NCBI GenBank assembly: GCA_023229365.1
Contig: JALNZK010000002.1
Span: 318,343 to 340,072 of the forward strand
DNA length: 21,730 nucleotides
From: Pseudomonadota bacterium
GTDB taxonomy: Bacteria > Myxococcota_A > Polyangia > JAAYKL01
Direction: 5' to 3'
The position numbers and the translations under genes are program-made. Positions 1 through 8,025 of the stretch are shown piece by piece. The first letter of the stretch is position 1; each line of letters starts with the position of its first letter. The notes under the pieces are model-generated. The model worked only from the letters and a program-made list of their open reading frames with translations. It was not told where the DNA came from and ran no database searches.

Positions 1-179
1 TGCTCCGTTGTTTTGTATATTTGTTCGTCACACTTGGTGCATTTTATTTCTGATTCGCCATAACCAGCCGATGCCCCAGGCCAAAACCAACCCCGCTTTA
101 GTTTTGTGTAACACCTAACACATATTGGTTTGATGACTCCAGAATCCAGATAATAATAACAATCTCTTTGAATATTCAT
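1..179 (-). CDS. Hypothetical Zn-ribbon-like protein, 3' end outside the window
   Basis: Manual translation from the ATG at 179-177 gives MNIQRDCYYYLDSGVIKPICVRCYTKLKRGWFWPGASAGYGESEIKCTKCDEQIYKTTE, open to position 1. Two CxxC pairs (CVRC, CTKC). Not in the ORF track because no stop lies in the window. RBS is weak. Confidence 0.4.
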   Translation of the reverse strand, partial: MNIQRDCYYYLDSGVIKPICVRCYTKLKRGWFWPGASAGYGESEIKCTKCDEQIYKTTE

Positions 180-223
180 AAACCAAATCTCTATCTAATA
201 TTAGTAAGAAAAGGAAAAAATTT

Positions 224-553
224 ATGGCCTGTTCCAAAGTTAAAAACTTATCTCAACAAACCTTGTTGGGAATGACAGCCAATACTCCAACTGGAAACTT
301 TCTTAATAAAATACCACTATCACAATGGGAAGTATTCAGCTTTGATCCTAAAAGATATGAGGCTTGTGTGAAAGTCTATCGGGTTTTTAATCAGGCAGAG
401 ATTCAGGCATATGTTGATAATTTACGAACAGAATTAGCAATAACAACAGACCTTACTACCAAACTAGCACTTCAACAAGTAATATTAGAGCGGGAAAAAC
501 AACTAAATAATCCGCCTTTTAATATGATAACCGTGCCACTTGCCCCTCCATAA
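224..553 (+). CDS. Hypothetical protein (109 aa)
   Basis: ORF with a purine-rich stretch (aaaaggaaaaaa) upstream of the ATG. No recognisable motif. Confidence 0.5.
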   Translation: MACSKVKNLSQQTLLGMTANTPTGNFLNKIPLSQWEVFSFDPKRYEACVKVYRVFNQAEIQAYVDNLRTELAITTDLTTKLALQQVILEREKQLNNPPFNMITVPLAPP

Positions 554-600
554 ATTTTTGTTTAATTCACTATATACCATATTGAGAACTGGAGAAAATA

Positions 601-1104
601 ATGCGAACATTTACAGATTATGTCGAACAACAAAAATTAGATGCAATGTTTGAAAATGCCTTTAGACAACTTGCCATAGAAGCCGAACACAACTCACAAT
701 TAAACGATCTTTTGCTCGAACAAGGTTGGGGTGGTATGATACGAAATGCCGGGCAGGCTTTAAAACAATTTGGACAAACAGCATGGAGTGGACTTAAGGC
801 AGGAGCACAAGGTGCCTACAGTCAAATGACAGGACCATTGACACAATACCAGAATGCAATTGGTGCTCTTCAAAAAGCTTGGCAACAAATATCAAAAGAC
901 CCAAATTGGAGCAAATCAATGACTACTGGCGGCGGCGGCTTGCCAGCAATGAATTTGTCAACATGGCTACAGCAAACAATTGCAGAATTACAAAGTCAGT
1001 TAACACAGGTGCAGAACAAACAAGTGAATCCAGCCACTACTCAAACAAATGTGGCGGCAACAACAGCACAAGTAGGTCAAAATCAAAAGAATTTTGGTCC
1101 CTAA
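601..1104 (+). CDS. Hypothetical Gln/Thr-rich protein (167 aa)
   Basis: ORF preceded by ctggagaaaata-ATG (SD-like). Helical N-terminal part and Q/T-rich tail. The overlapping frame 879..1127 is judged spurious. Confidence 0.55.
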   Translation: MRTFTDYVEQQKLDAMFENAFRQLAIEAEHNSQLNDLLLEQGWGGMIRNAGQALKQFGQTAWSGLKAGAQGAYSQMTGPLTQYQNAIGALQKAWQQISKDPNWSKSMTTGGGGLPAMNLSTWLQQTIAELQSQLTQVQNKQVNPATTQTNVAATTAQVGQNQKNFGP

Positions 1105-1427
1105 ATCCACCCAGTTTTAGTGGCTAATTTAATATCCTCAGTAGTAACTCTTCTTCCAAGCACTTCACTGACACTTTCAGTGAAGTGCTTTTCTATGTCT
1201 TTTTGGACTGCTCTAAAAAACATTGGCCCCATTTGTAGAGCTTCTGCTAAACTACTCATATCAACTGACCAGTCTAAAAACTCTCCATCTATGAAAATGG
1301 CTTTTTCTATATTGCCACCCTTGCCTTTTCGCATCATGACCTCAAAGCTTTTTTTTGGAGTGCCATCGGGCAAAAGTGGAGTGGGTGTTACTGGGGGTTC
1401 TTCAAAAGGATTGATAATTTCTGCCAT
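1101..1427 (-). CDS. Hypothetical protein (~108 aa)
   Basis: The minus-frame product is protein-like (MAEIINPFEEPP...DGEFLDWSVDMSSLAEALQ...), whereas the antisense plus ORF 1120..1434 is low-complexity. Start placed at the second ATG (1427); 1439 is also possible. Confidence 0.5.
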   Translation of the reverse strand: MAEIINPFEEPPVTPTPLLPDGTPKKSFEVMMRKGKGGNIEKAIFIDGEFLDWSVDMSSLAEALQMGPMFFRAVQKDIEKHFTESVSEVLGRRVTTEDIKLATKTGWI

Positions 1428-1449
1428 AATATAATACATAAGTAATAGT

Positions 1450-1965
1450 ATGGAATTTTCTAACTGGATTTTGCAAGAATCGAGCCTGAACGACCTTTAT
1501 CAAAGTGCCGTCGAAGCATTCCCCCGCACTACAAAAAGACAACATGCCACCCAACCAATCAAAATAGTGGAACTTACTTGGGTGCCATATAGGGGTGTAA
1601 AAACCCTGTTTGTCAAAGCAATGGCTCGTAATGAAGGTCGTGTCTACAATCCCATCATTGTTTTTAAGAAAGTTCATTATCTGGAATCTGGTGGTATTGC
1701 TCTAAAAGACAAAAATGGACAACGATACTTTGTAGAACAACTATCATTACAAAATAATGATGTTTTGGTCAGATGCCAGTGTGGTGATTTTTATTGGCGA
1801 GGAACACATTTTAATAAATTGGATCATTCGTTATATGGACCCGATAGGAAAAAATACGAAGCCAAACATAATCCTGGTTCTGCAAATCCTACTGAATCCC
1901 CTATTGTGTGTAAGCATTTGATGAAGATGATGGAAGTTTTACACAACTCAGGATTTGCTAAATAA
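1450..1965 (+). CDS. Hypothetical protein with a CxC...CxH (SWIM-like) Cys/His motif
   Basis: VRCQCGDFYW...PIVCKHLMKM resembles a SWIM zinc finger, but the spacing between CxC and CxH (~43 aa) is longer than in the classical motif. Confidence 0.5.
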   Translation: MEFSNWILQESSLNDLYQSAVEAFPRTTKRQHATQPIKIVELTWVPYRGVKTLFVKAMARNEGRVYNPIIVFKKVHYLESGGIALKDKNGQRYFVEQLSLQNNDVLVRCQCGDFYWRGTHFNKLDHSLYGPDRKKYEAKHNPGSANPTESPIVCKHLMKMMEVLHNSGFAK

Positions 1966-2138
1966 TTTTCGAGCCCTTGCTCATATTTGCTTTCTTTTCA
2001 AGCGGTTGCAAATTATCTAATTTCCAACACTCCAAAAATAATGGATCATTCATTGAGGTGTATGGAAAGTTGCTATGAGGCATTATATAGCAATTAAAAC
2101 AAGATTTTTTATGTAGATTTAATTATTATTTTGTTAAC

Positions 2139-2176
2139 AAAAAAGCCAATGAGCCCCATAAAGGAACTCATTGGCT
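2139..2176 (-). terminator. Rho-independent terminator after the paralog pair
   Basis: Perfect 10-bp inverted repeat agccaatgag(2144-2153)/ctcattggct(2167-2176), followed on the minus strand by a T6 run (plus-strand aaaaaa 2139-2144). It lies just downstream of the stop at 2203. Confidence 0.65.
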
Positions 2177-2202
2177 CTTGAAAGGTTGTTACCTATTATT
2201 TG

Positions 2203-2577
2203 TTATACAGTGTGATGTAAATCTAATCCCCAACCTGTATTCACGACTATCCACTCAACCACATCACCCGGTGTCTCGGCATAGACAACGAATGAAGTAA
2301 AGTGACTAGACGTATCACTCTTGGTGGTCAGACTAGCATTATGTGTAGCAGCCCCTGCACCCCTTGCAGTTAATATAACTGCATAACTAGCAGCAGCCAA
2401 TGGTAGAGCGTCTGGAAAAGTCACTGTAGCTAAACCAGTTCCACCATCAGTTGTTACTATACCAGCAGCTACGATGTGCGGGCTATTTTGCGGAACATTA
2501 AAATTACGATTATTACCTGGACCTTTTAAATTGGAGGCAACGCCTTGTCCAACACCTGTTACACTTGCAGCACCCAT
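2203..2577 (-). CDS. Small Gly/Ala/Val/Thr-rich protein, paralog B (124 aa); possibly structural
   Basis: About two-thirds identical by eye to the upstream neighbour. Shared N-terminus MGA(A/S)SVTGVGQGVA.NLKGPGNNR and shared C-terminus TGWG(L/I)DLHHTV. A terminator follows. Confidence 0.75.
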   Translation of the reverse strand: MGAASVTGVGQGVASNLKGPGNNRNFNVPQNSPHIVAAGIVTTDGGTGLATVTFPDALPLAAASYAVILTARGAGAATHNASLTTKSDTSSHFTSFVVYAETPGDVVEWIVVNTGWGLDLHHTV

Positions 2578-2620
2578 TATATTTTTTCCTTTTTGTTAGT
2601 TTGAGTAATTTATTGGCATA

Positions 2621-2989
2621 TTACACAGTGTGATGTAAATCAATGCCCCAACCTGTACGAATAACGACCCAATCGATCTCGTCAGTTGCACCCTCTGAGT
2701 AAATTGTGAAATAATCAAACTTACTAGAAGTGTCATGTTTAGTGACTACACTTGCATTGTGAGTAGCAGCCCCGGCCCCAAGAGCCGTTACTAAAACAAC
2801 ATAATTCGCAGCAGCCAAATCCAGAGCATCTGGAAAAGTAACTGTCAATGAATTAGCCGCAGCCGTTCCAACGCCAGCAGCTACAACATGCGGGCAAACC
2901 TGTGGAACACAAAAACTACGATTATTACCTGGGCCTTTTAAATTGGCGGCAACGCCTTGTCCAACACCTGTTACACTTGATGCACCCAT
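2621..2989 (-). CDS. Small Gly/Ala/Val/Thr-rich protein, paralog A (122 aa); possibly structural
   Basis: Strong SD (aaggagaataaaATG on the minus strand). Tandem paralog of 2203..2577. Confidence 0.75.
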   Translation of the reverse strand: MGASSVTGVGQGVAANLKGPGNNRSFCVPQVCPHVVAAGVGTAAANSLTVTFPDALDLAAANYVVLVTALGAGAATHNASVVTKHDTSSKFDYFTIYSEGATDEIDWVVIRTGWGIDLHHTV

Positions 2990-3059
2990 TTTATTCTCCT
3001 TGTGGTTAAATACCCACGTTTTAGATACAATAGATACTCATGCCCTTTTAAATTTATGC

Positions 3060-3088
3060 CTCGTTTGGAAAAATTTTTTCCAAACGAG
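3060..3088. promoter_or_regulatory. Perfect 14-bp-arm palindrome in a divergent intergenic region (operator or hairpin candidate)
   Basis: ctcgtttggaaaaa-t-tttttccaaacgag lies between the minus start at 2989 and the plus start at 3102. No flanking U-tract typical of a terminator. Confidence 0.35.
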
Positions 3089-3101
3089 TATATAGGATAT
3101 T

Positions 3102-3635
3102 ATGGAACCAACAAAACGAGAATATCAGGTTATTTTGGGCACTATTATGGGCGGCTCATCAATCATCCGGCCTAAAAAGGGAAAGCATTGTTATTTGTCC
3201 ATGCGAGACAAAAGAGCCAATTGGCTAGAGTTCAAAGCAGATCAATTAGCTCGATACGCCTCGCCAGAGCCTTTTACGATTGAAAAAACAAATCGTTGGC
3301 ACTCTTTGGCATATCCTATTTTCGATGAATTTAGAGAAAAGTTTTATAATCACAAAAAACGTTGTGTCGATATCGAAAGCCTTACTTTCTGGGACGTGGG
3401 ATTGTCTATTTGGTTTGGAGATGTGGGCAAGTTCGAAAATGGACAAGTTATATTAAACACTCACATCTGGGGCGAAAAAGGATCAGAAACCCTGGCAAAA
3501 TATTTCGAATATTGTCAATGGCCTGCTGAAATATTTAAAGACCGCACCTATTACCGTTTACGATTGAACAGAGAGGCTTCTGTGCATTTTATGAATACGG
3601 TTAGCCCTCATTTGCCATTCCCATTGACTCAATAA
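3102..3635 (+). CDS. LAGLIDADG-family homing endonuclease (free-standing; first catalytic motif degenerate)
   Basis: Two LAGLIDADG-like motifs: ILGTIMGGSSI and LSIWFGDVGKF. Family-typical surrounding pattern: CYLSMRDKRANWLEFKADQL, FREKFYNHKKR, ILNTH, YYRLRLNREAS. Confidence 0.75.
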   Translation: MEPTKREYQVILGTIMGGSSIIRPKKGKHCYLSMRDKRANWLEFKADQLARYASPEPFTIEKTNRWHSLAYPIFDEFREKFYNHKKRCVDIESLTFWDVGLSIWFGDVGKFENGQVILNTHIWGEKGSETLAKYFEYCQWPAEIFKDRTYYRLRLNREASVHFMNTVSPHLPFPLTQ

Positions 3636-3671
3636 TTATTATTTGTTAAAATTGACTGTGGAGGATTACAA

Positions 3672-3956
3672 ATGATTAAATTTTTAAAACTAATTACCGG
3701 CGAAGACACATTGGCAGAAGTTACAGAAGAAACCGAATTGCATTATGTTTTAAAGAACCCAATGCGATTTATACCCACCGAACAGGGCATAGGTATAGCC
3801 CCCTTCGCAATGTTTGTGAAAAAGGGCTCTACAATCACAATTGATAAAGATAAGGTTATTTTTGCCGCCGATCCAGAAGATGAAATAGCCAATGTTTATA
3901 ATGAAAAATATGGCTCTGGGATCGTTGTGCCACCCTCAAGCATACAATTACCATGA
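3672..3956 (+). CDS. Hypothetical protein (94 aa)
   Basis: Strong SD (tggaggattacaaATG). The stop overlaps the next start (ATGA). Confidence 0.6.
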   Translation: MIKFLKLITGEDTLAEVTEETELHYVLKNPMRFIPTEQGIGIAPFAMFVKKGSTITIDKDKVIFAADPEDEIANVYNEKYGSGIVVPPSSIQLP

Positions 3957-4543
3957 CAATGCCACATTTAATGAATTGCCCACATTCACCTGATGGGTGG
4001 TGCCTTGATTGCGTCAGTAAACAAGGCAAGCTTTTGCTTGAAATTGACCAAGCCATACAAGACCCGGATAAATTTCTGGCGATGGTTGCTAATCGTGGCC
4101 GACCATTAATCGGCGTTTGCGTTTGCATTTGTCGTCGTGAACCATCCAGCGGCAAAGTTCTTTTGCACAAAAGAAAAGGAAAGCACGCTCCTGGCACATG
4201 GGCATTCCCTGGCGGGCATATGGAAAAATGGGAATCCTTTGAAGGAGTTGTTCGTAGAGAACTAGAAGAAGAAGCAGGGCCAGATATAGAAATTGATAAT
4301 TTGCAATTTTGGACTGTTGCCAATACTCGATTTCATGATGAAGACAAGCATTATGTTGTTCTTTTTATTATGGCTGATTGGGTATCTGGCGAGCCAAAGA
4401 TTATGGAGCCAGAAAAATGTGAATGCTGGGAATGGTTTGATTGGAATGATCTTCCTTCACCACTGATGATGGGGATACAAGATATTGTTGATCGTAAACT
4501 GAGCCCTTTTGACTATGGAGGCGAACACGAAACATTATGCTAG
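3953..4543 (+). CDS. Nudix hydrolase with a Cys-rich N-terminal extension
   Basis: Nudix box GGHMEKWESFEGVVRRELEEEAG (GX5EX7REUXEEXGU). N-terminal CPHSPDGWCLDC cluster. Confidence 0.9.
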   Translation: MTMPHLMNCPHSPDGWCLDCVSKQGKLLLEIDQAIQDPDKFLAMVANRGRPLIGVCVCICRREPSSGKVLLHKRKGKHAPGTWAFPGGHMEKWESFEGVVRRELEEEAGPDIEIDNLQFWTVANTRFHDEDKHYVVLFIMADWVSGEPKIMEPEKCECWEWFDWNDLPSPLMMGIQDIVDRKLSPFDYGGEHETLC

Positions 4544-5109
4544 AAGTAGAAGCTAAATTCATTGTGGATAGTTTTGATTTATTGGAAGCCAAATACCAAT
4601 TTGATGGCCCCGTGTTACAAAGAGATATATATTATCAGCATCCCTCTCGTGATTTTATGAAAACTGGAGAGTGGTTCCGTGTGCGAAGAATTTTTAAGGG
4701 CATTCCCTGTGCGGAAAACCTCGGGTGCGAAGAAATTCATCTGTGTCACAAAGGATCAAATCAAGGCTCATCTGATGTTAAAAGTCGCAGAGAGATAGAA
4801 TTTTCTGTGCCTATGGACATAATTGAACTTTTGCAAATCCTTGATTTTGCAGAATTGATACGAGTGGAAAAATACCGCCGATCAGCCGTGGTTACACCAA
4901 CTAACGATAGTGGCGAACCCACCTTTACCATAACATTAGATGAAGTTTTGGGATTGGGAAAATATGTAGAAATTGAAATGCTGGTTCTCAAAGAAGAATT
5001 TAAAGCAGGAGCAATTGAAGCCATTAATGACATAGCCAAAAAACTGGGACTCACCCAGCCAGAGAAACACGGATATGCTAAATTAATGCTGAAAAAAGAG
5101 AAAAAATGA
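4537..5109 (+). CDS. CYTH-domain protein (triphosphate tunnel metalloenzyme / CyaB-ThTPase family)
   Basis: N-terminal MLEVEAKF carries the ExExK signature. Length and basic/acidic strand pattern fit CYTH. Overlaps its neighbours by 7 nt and 4 nt. Confidence 0.8.
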   Translation: MLEVEAKFIVDSFDLLEAKYQFDGPVLQRDIYYQHPSRDFMKTGEWFRVRRIFKGIPCAENLGCEEIHLCHKGSNQGSSDVKSRREIEFSVPMDIIELLQILDFAELIRVEKYRRSAVVTPTNDSGEPTFTITLDEVLGLGKYVEIEMLVLKEEFKAGAIEAINDIAKKLGLTQPEKHGYAKLMLKKEKK

Positions 5110-5288
5110 TGCCTAATTACGAATATCAGTGCGATACTTGTGAACACAAGTTTGAAATATTTCAACACATGAATGATAAGCCCATTAAAATTTGCCCTAA
5201 GTGCGGCAAAAAAGTCCATCGATTGATTACTGGCGGAACTGGCTTTATTCTTAAAGGAACCGGCTGGACTCCAAAAGGAAATAAATGA
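5106..5288 (+). CDS. FmdB-family zinc-ribbon protein
   Basis: MPNYEYQCDTCEHKFEIFQHMNDKPIKICPKCG matches the (Y/F)EYxCxxC...CPxCG pattern of FmdB-type putative regulatory Zn ribbons. Confidence 0.85.
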   Translation: MMPNYEYQCDTCEHKFEIFQHMNDKPIKICPKCGKKVHRLITGGTGFILKGTGWTPKGNK

Positions 5289-5539
5289 GCACTTATGTCC
5301 ATAACGCCATTGTTGAGAATGGCTTACAATCTGAGTTTGCTTATGGAGATAAGCTTGCGAAAAGACACGGATTTGAAGATGGACCGCTGCATCGACGCCG
5401 ACAAGGAACTATTGAGCAATTCGATGAGTGGATTGCCAATTGTTTAAAGGATGTTGAAGAAGGGAAAATGTGCCCTGTTAGAGCTAGAAAAATAATTGAA
5501 AGATGGTGGACACTTCGAGAAAAAAAGGCAAATAGATAA
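5285..5539 (+). CDS. Hypothetical protein (84 aa)
   Basis: ATGA overlap with the upstream gene. Protein-like composition. Antisense ORFs 5341..5565 and 5444..5641 are judged spurious. Confidence 0.6.
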   Translation: MSTYVHNAIVENGLQSEFAYGDKLAKRHGFEDGPLHRRRQGTIEQFDEWIANCLKDVEEGKMCPVRARKIIERWWTLREKKANR

Positions 5540-5628
5540 TGAAATGGGAAGCTTTTTGTGGTCATGAATTAGGCAAGTTTGACCAATACAAAGATGCTGT
5601 AAAAGCCATATTTGATGAATTGCTATAA
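5539..5628 (+). CDS. Possible small ORF (29 aa)
   Basis: TAATG overlap with the upstream stop. Manual translation: MKWEAFCGHELGKFDQYKDAVKAIFDELL. Below the ORF-track size cut-off. Confidence 0.3.
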   Translation: MKWEAFCGHELGKFDQYKDAVKAIFDELL

Positions 5629-5639
5629 AAGAAGGTCGC

Positions 5640-5765
5640 ATGAGTTATTTAATCTTGGAAACAGCGACTTGGGTTGTTTCTGATGGCCTGCCAATTATGT
5701 TTTATGAAATGCGAGACAATGCAATTGATCGTGGGTGGATCAATGAGAGTAAATGGTGTGGATAG
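5640..5765 (+). CDS. Possible small ORF (41 aa)
   Basis: aaagaaggtcgcATG SD-like. Manual translation: MSYLILETATWVVSDGLPIMFYEMRDNAIDRGWINESKWCG. Confidence 0.35.
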   Translation: MSYLILETATWVVSDGLPIMFYEMRDNAIDRGWINESKWCG

Positions 5766-5851
5766 TGTGTAATTTAAAGAATGGTTATTGACCGAAAAGG
5801 CAGAACGCACCTTCCAAAGTGGAAAAGAATTTAAGTGGTCGATAGCTAAAC

Positions 5852-5887
5852 AAAAAAAGGCAGGGATTTTTCAATCCCTGCCTTTTT
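5852..5887. terminator. Bidirectional rho-independent terminator
   Basis: 10-bp stem ggcagggatt(5859-5868)/aatccctgcc(5873-5882), flanked by A7 upstream and T5 downstream. It sits between convergent gene blocks. Confidence 0.75.
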
Positions 5888-5900
5888 AGCTTTTCCAGAA

Positions 5901-6422
5901 CTATCTATTTCGGAATTGCTGACACCAGAAGATTACTCCGCTGGCAGTACGAAAAGCCGCCACACCAATGCGTAGATGACCTGGGTTGAGAATGTTCGCC
6001 CTGTGACCTGACGAATTCATCCAACAATTGACCACATCACTACTGTGCGGTTGTCCCATTGCAATGTTTTCAGCAAGTGGGAGCCTCGTATGCACCATTG
6101 CCTGATTGCGAGTCATCCAGGCAGCGTGCCCTCTGGCGGTCTGCATCAAATCCTTGTCAACCTCGAAAGGCGGAAGACCATATCGTGCCCGCTCTTCGTT
6201 GGTGAATTTAATGATGTTGGCTTCAATTTCGGCAAGCTTCACACCATCAACCACCACTACTTTATCCGCAGCAGTCGGATAATTTGTTATTGCTTCCACT
6301 TCAGTGGTCTGTGCCGTCGTTGGGGCATTATAACTCTGCTGGCGACGACCTCTGCCTCTGGCTTCTGCCACTGAACAAACACACAACACAACAACAAACG
6401 CAAACAATAGATTCAACCTCAT
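5901..6422 (-). CDS. Secreted CAP/SCP/PR-1-like (YkwD-type) protein
   Basis: Signal peptide MRLNLLFAFVVVLCVCSVAEA. CAP-domain motifs NEERARYGLPP, HAAWM, NSSGHRANILNPG. Strong SD (aaggagtatcgtATG). Confidence 0.85.
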   Translation of the reverse strand: MRLNLLFAFVVVLCVCSVAEARGRGRRQQSYNAPTTAQTTEVEAITNYPTAADKVVVVDGVKLAEIEANIIKFTNEERARYGLPPFEVDKDLMQTARGHAAWMTRNQAMVHTRLPLAENIAMGQPHSSDVVNCWMNSSGHRANILNPGHLRIGVAAFRTASGVIFWCQQFRNR

Positions 6423-6460
6423 ACGATACTCCTTAGGGCTAGGGGTTGAAACACACAGAA

Positions 6461-6477
6461 TGTCCTCACCGTGAGGA
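6461..6477 (-). terminator. Possible weak terminator or stabilising hairpin after the vWA gene
   Basis: 7-bp stem gtcctca/tgaggac with a 3-nt loop, 8 nt past the stop at 6485. The downstream minus-strand tract is only moderately U-rich. Confidence 0.3.
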
Positions 6478-6484
6478 CGAAATA

Positions 6485-7219
6485 TTAGCTATCGGTTTTG
6501 TGCAATGCATCGTATTCCGCCGATGTTGCTCGCAGAACGGCCCTGTTGTGAACTTCATCGGCATCACAAGAAGCAGAGGTTCTCGATTCGTAATCGGCAT
6601 AGGCTTTGCTTCCAGCCGCCGCAAAAGCCATAGCTTCCATCGTTCTTGCCGATTTGCCGCCTGTGAACTCATTCAACAGCATTAGTTTGGTATCGGCAGC
6701 TTGAGCCACATTAGCCCAGAATTTGCTTCCGCTATTCAGGCATTGCAACGGGAAAACACGGACACCCATTTCTTTGAGGGCAGCCAATTCTTGTCTCCAA
6801 TTCAGCTTGCCTTCATTCTGCGGATAATTAACATCGTGGGGATCAGCATCACCAATCATGACGAAAGCCGCCGCCACACCGGGGGTCCAACCCAAATCCC
6901 TGGCTTCGTGCAAAACCAATTCATAACATTCATCGCAATCGCCACCCGATGTGTCAGGTGCATTGCGAATAAAGTCGAAGATTTTTGCACGATCATTCGT
7001 GAGCTTTAGCACACGGATGCAGTTTTGTCCATCGCAATAATCCCCGTGAGAAATAAATGCCATTTTCAAGCCGGGAATATTTGCAAATAAACCCTCACAG
7101 GTTTCTTCCAGATGTTTGCGAACATCAGCGATACACGGTCGCATGGAACCTGTGGTGTCAAAACTTATGCCAATTTCCGTAGCGTCATCAATTCTTTCGC
7201 CAAGTGTTTGTTCCGCCAT
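6485..7219 (-). CDS. von Willebrand factor A (vWA) domain protein, last gene of the JAB-E1 cassette
   Basis: MIDAS-like DxTxS (ISFDTTGSM), later TSGG and MIGDADPHD. Start moved to the internal ATG at 7219 (MAEQTL...), which has an SD (aagaggaaaaaATG) and avoids overlap with the E1 gene ending at 7233. Confidence 0.8.
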   Translation of the reverse strand: MAEQTLGERIDDATEIGISFDTTGSMRPCIADVRKHLEETCEGLFANIPGLKMAFISHGDYCDGQNCIRVLKLTNDRAKIFDFIRNAPDTSGGDCDECYELVLHEARDLGWTPGVAAAFVMIGDADPHDVNYPQNEGKLNWRQELAALKEMGVRVFPLQCLNSGSKFWANVAQAADTKLMLLNEFTGGKSARTMEAMAFAAAGSKAYADYESRTSASCDADEVHNRAVLRATSAEYDALHKTDS

Positions 7220-7232
7220 TTTTTCCTCTTTT

Positions 7233-7877
7233 CTAGTGCATTGCACTAATGTGTAAGTCACGCAGGGTAATGGACCATGATTGATGCCGTGGCGATGATG
7301 CCAAGAAGAAATCAAGGATTTCCTCTGAGGCTGCCGCTACTGTCAACATGATGATGTTACGAGCCAAGGGATAGTCGCAAACGTCGCCACCGCTGTCCTT
7401 TGGCACCTTGTAGCGATCATCCCATACAACCTCGCCATAATCTTCAAATAATCCAGTGTGCAGACATGGAATCTTCTTTGCCCGGCAATGGGTTTGAACA
7501 ATTTGCCGTGCAGCATTATTATCAAAACAATCCAACACCAATGCTGAGCCACGCAGCATTTTATCCACGGTAGCGGCGGTCAATTCCTTGTCCACGGTGT
7601 CAATTTCAACACCAATGTTGCCAAACACCTTCTGTTTGGCGGCGGCAACTTTCAAAGCTCCAACATCCCGCTCATTCCAAAACTGGGTGTTTAGATTATG
7701 AGTATCGACACGATCTTTGTCAATACCACGGAGATTGGCAAATCCTTGTCGAGAAAGATTGTCAAGCAAATTGCTACCCAGGGCTCCTACACCACAAATG
7801 GTGATTAGACCTTGCAATTTCTTGGCATAATCCTTGCCTCGGTAAATTTCTTCATGATGGAATTTATTCGTTGCCAT
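7233..7877 (-). CDS. ThiF/MoeB/E1-like adenylyltransferase (short, 214 aa)
   Basis: Rossmann Gly loop ICGVGALGSNL. GIDKDRVDTHNLNTQ (compare the ThiF/E1 D.D.V..SNL.RQ pattern). LDCFDNNAARQ. Cys in GGDVCDYP. SD ggaggaagaaaATG. Confidence 0.88.
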   Translation of the reverse strand: MATNKFHHEEIYRGKDYAKKLQGLITICGVGALGSNLLDNLSRQGFANLRGIDKDRVDTHNLNTQFWNERDVGALKVAAAKQKVFGNIGVEIDTVDKELTAATVDKMLRGSALVLDCFDNNAARQIVQTHCRAKKIPCLHTGLFEDYGEVVWDDRYKVPKDSGGDVCDYPLARNIIMLTVAAASEEILDFFLASSPRHQSWSITLRDLHISAMH

Positions 7878-8025
7878 TTTCTTCCTCCACTATTTCGTAA
7901 ACTGTGCCCCAAATCTTATCATGTGGATCGTAACGCATTTGTATATGATTGAAACTGCAATTGTCGGGATTTGGTCGAAATTCAAGCCATGCTTCAAATT
8001 CTGGTATGTAATTTGCCCGCAGCAT
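7864..8025 (-). CDS. Candidate small ORF (53 aa) between the JAB and E1 genes
   Basis: Manual translation: MLRANYIPEFEAWLEFRPNPDNCSFNHIQMRYDPHDKIWGTVYEIVEEENGNE. Overlaps the E1 start by 14 nt. More protein-like than the competing 78-aa frame 7890..8126, which overlaps the JAB 3' end. Neither frame is proven. Confidence 0.3.
   Translation of the reverse strand: MLRANYIPEFEAWLEFRPNPDNCSFNHIQMRYDPHDKIWGTVYEIVEEENGNE

Noticed and set aside
3856-5219. Minus-strand ORFs 3856..4323, 4401..4592 and 4761..5219
   Set aside because: They are antisense to the Nudix and CYTH genes, give Ser/Cys/Leu-rich low-complexity products, and have no translation signals.
6045-7009. Plus-strand ORFs 6045..6374, 6446..6685 and 6701..7009, and minus ORF 6466..6672
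   Set aside because: They are antisense to, or alternative frames of, the CAP-domain and vWA genes, which carry clear domain motifs.
7233-7315. N-terminal 32-aa extension of the vWA ORF (start at 7315)
   Set aside because: It would overlap the E1 gene by 83 nt. The internal ATG at 7219 has a proper SD and leaves a 13-nt intergenic gap.
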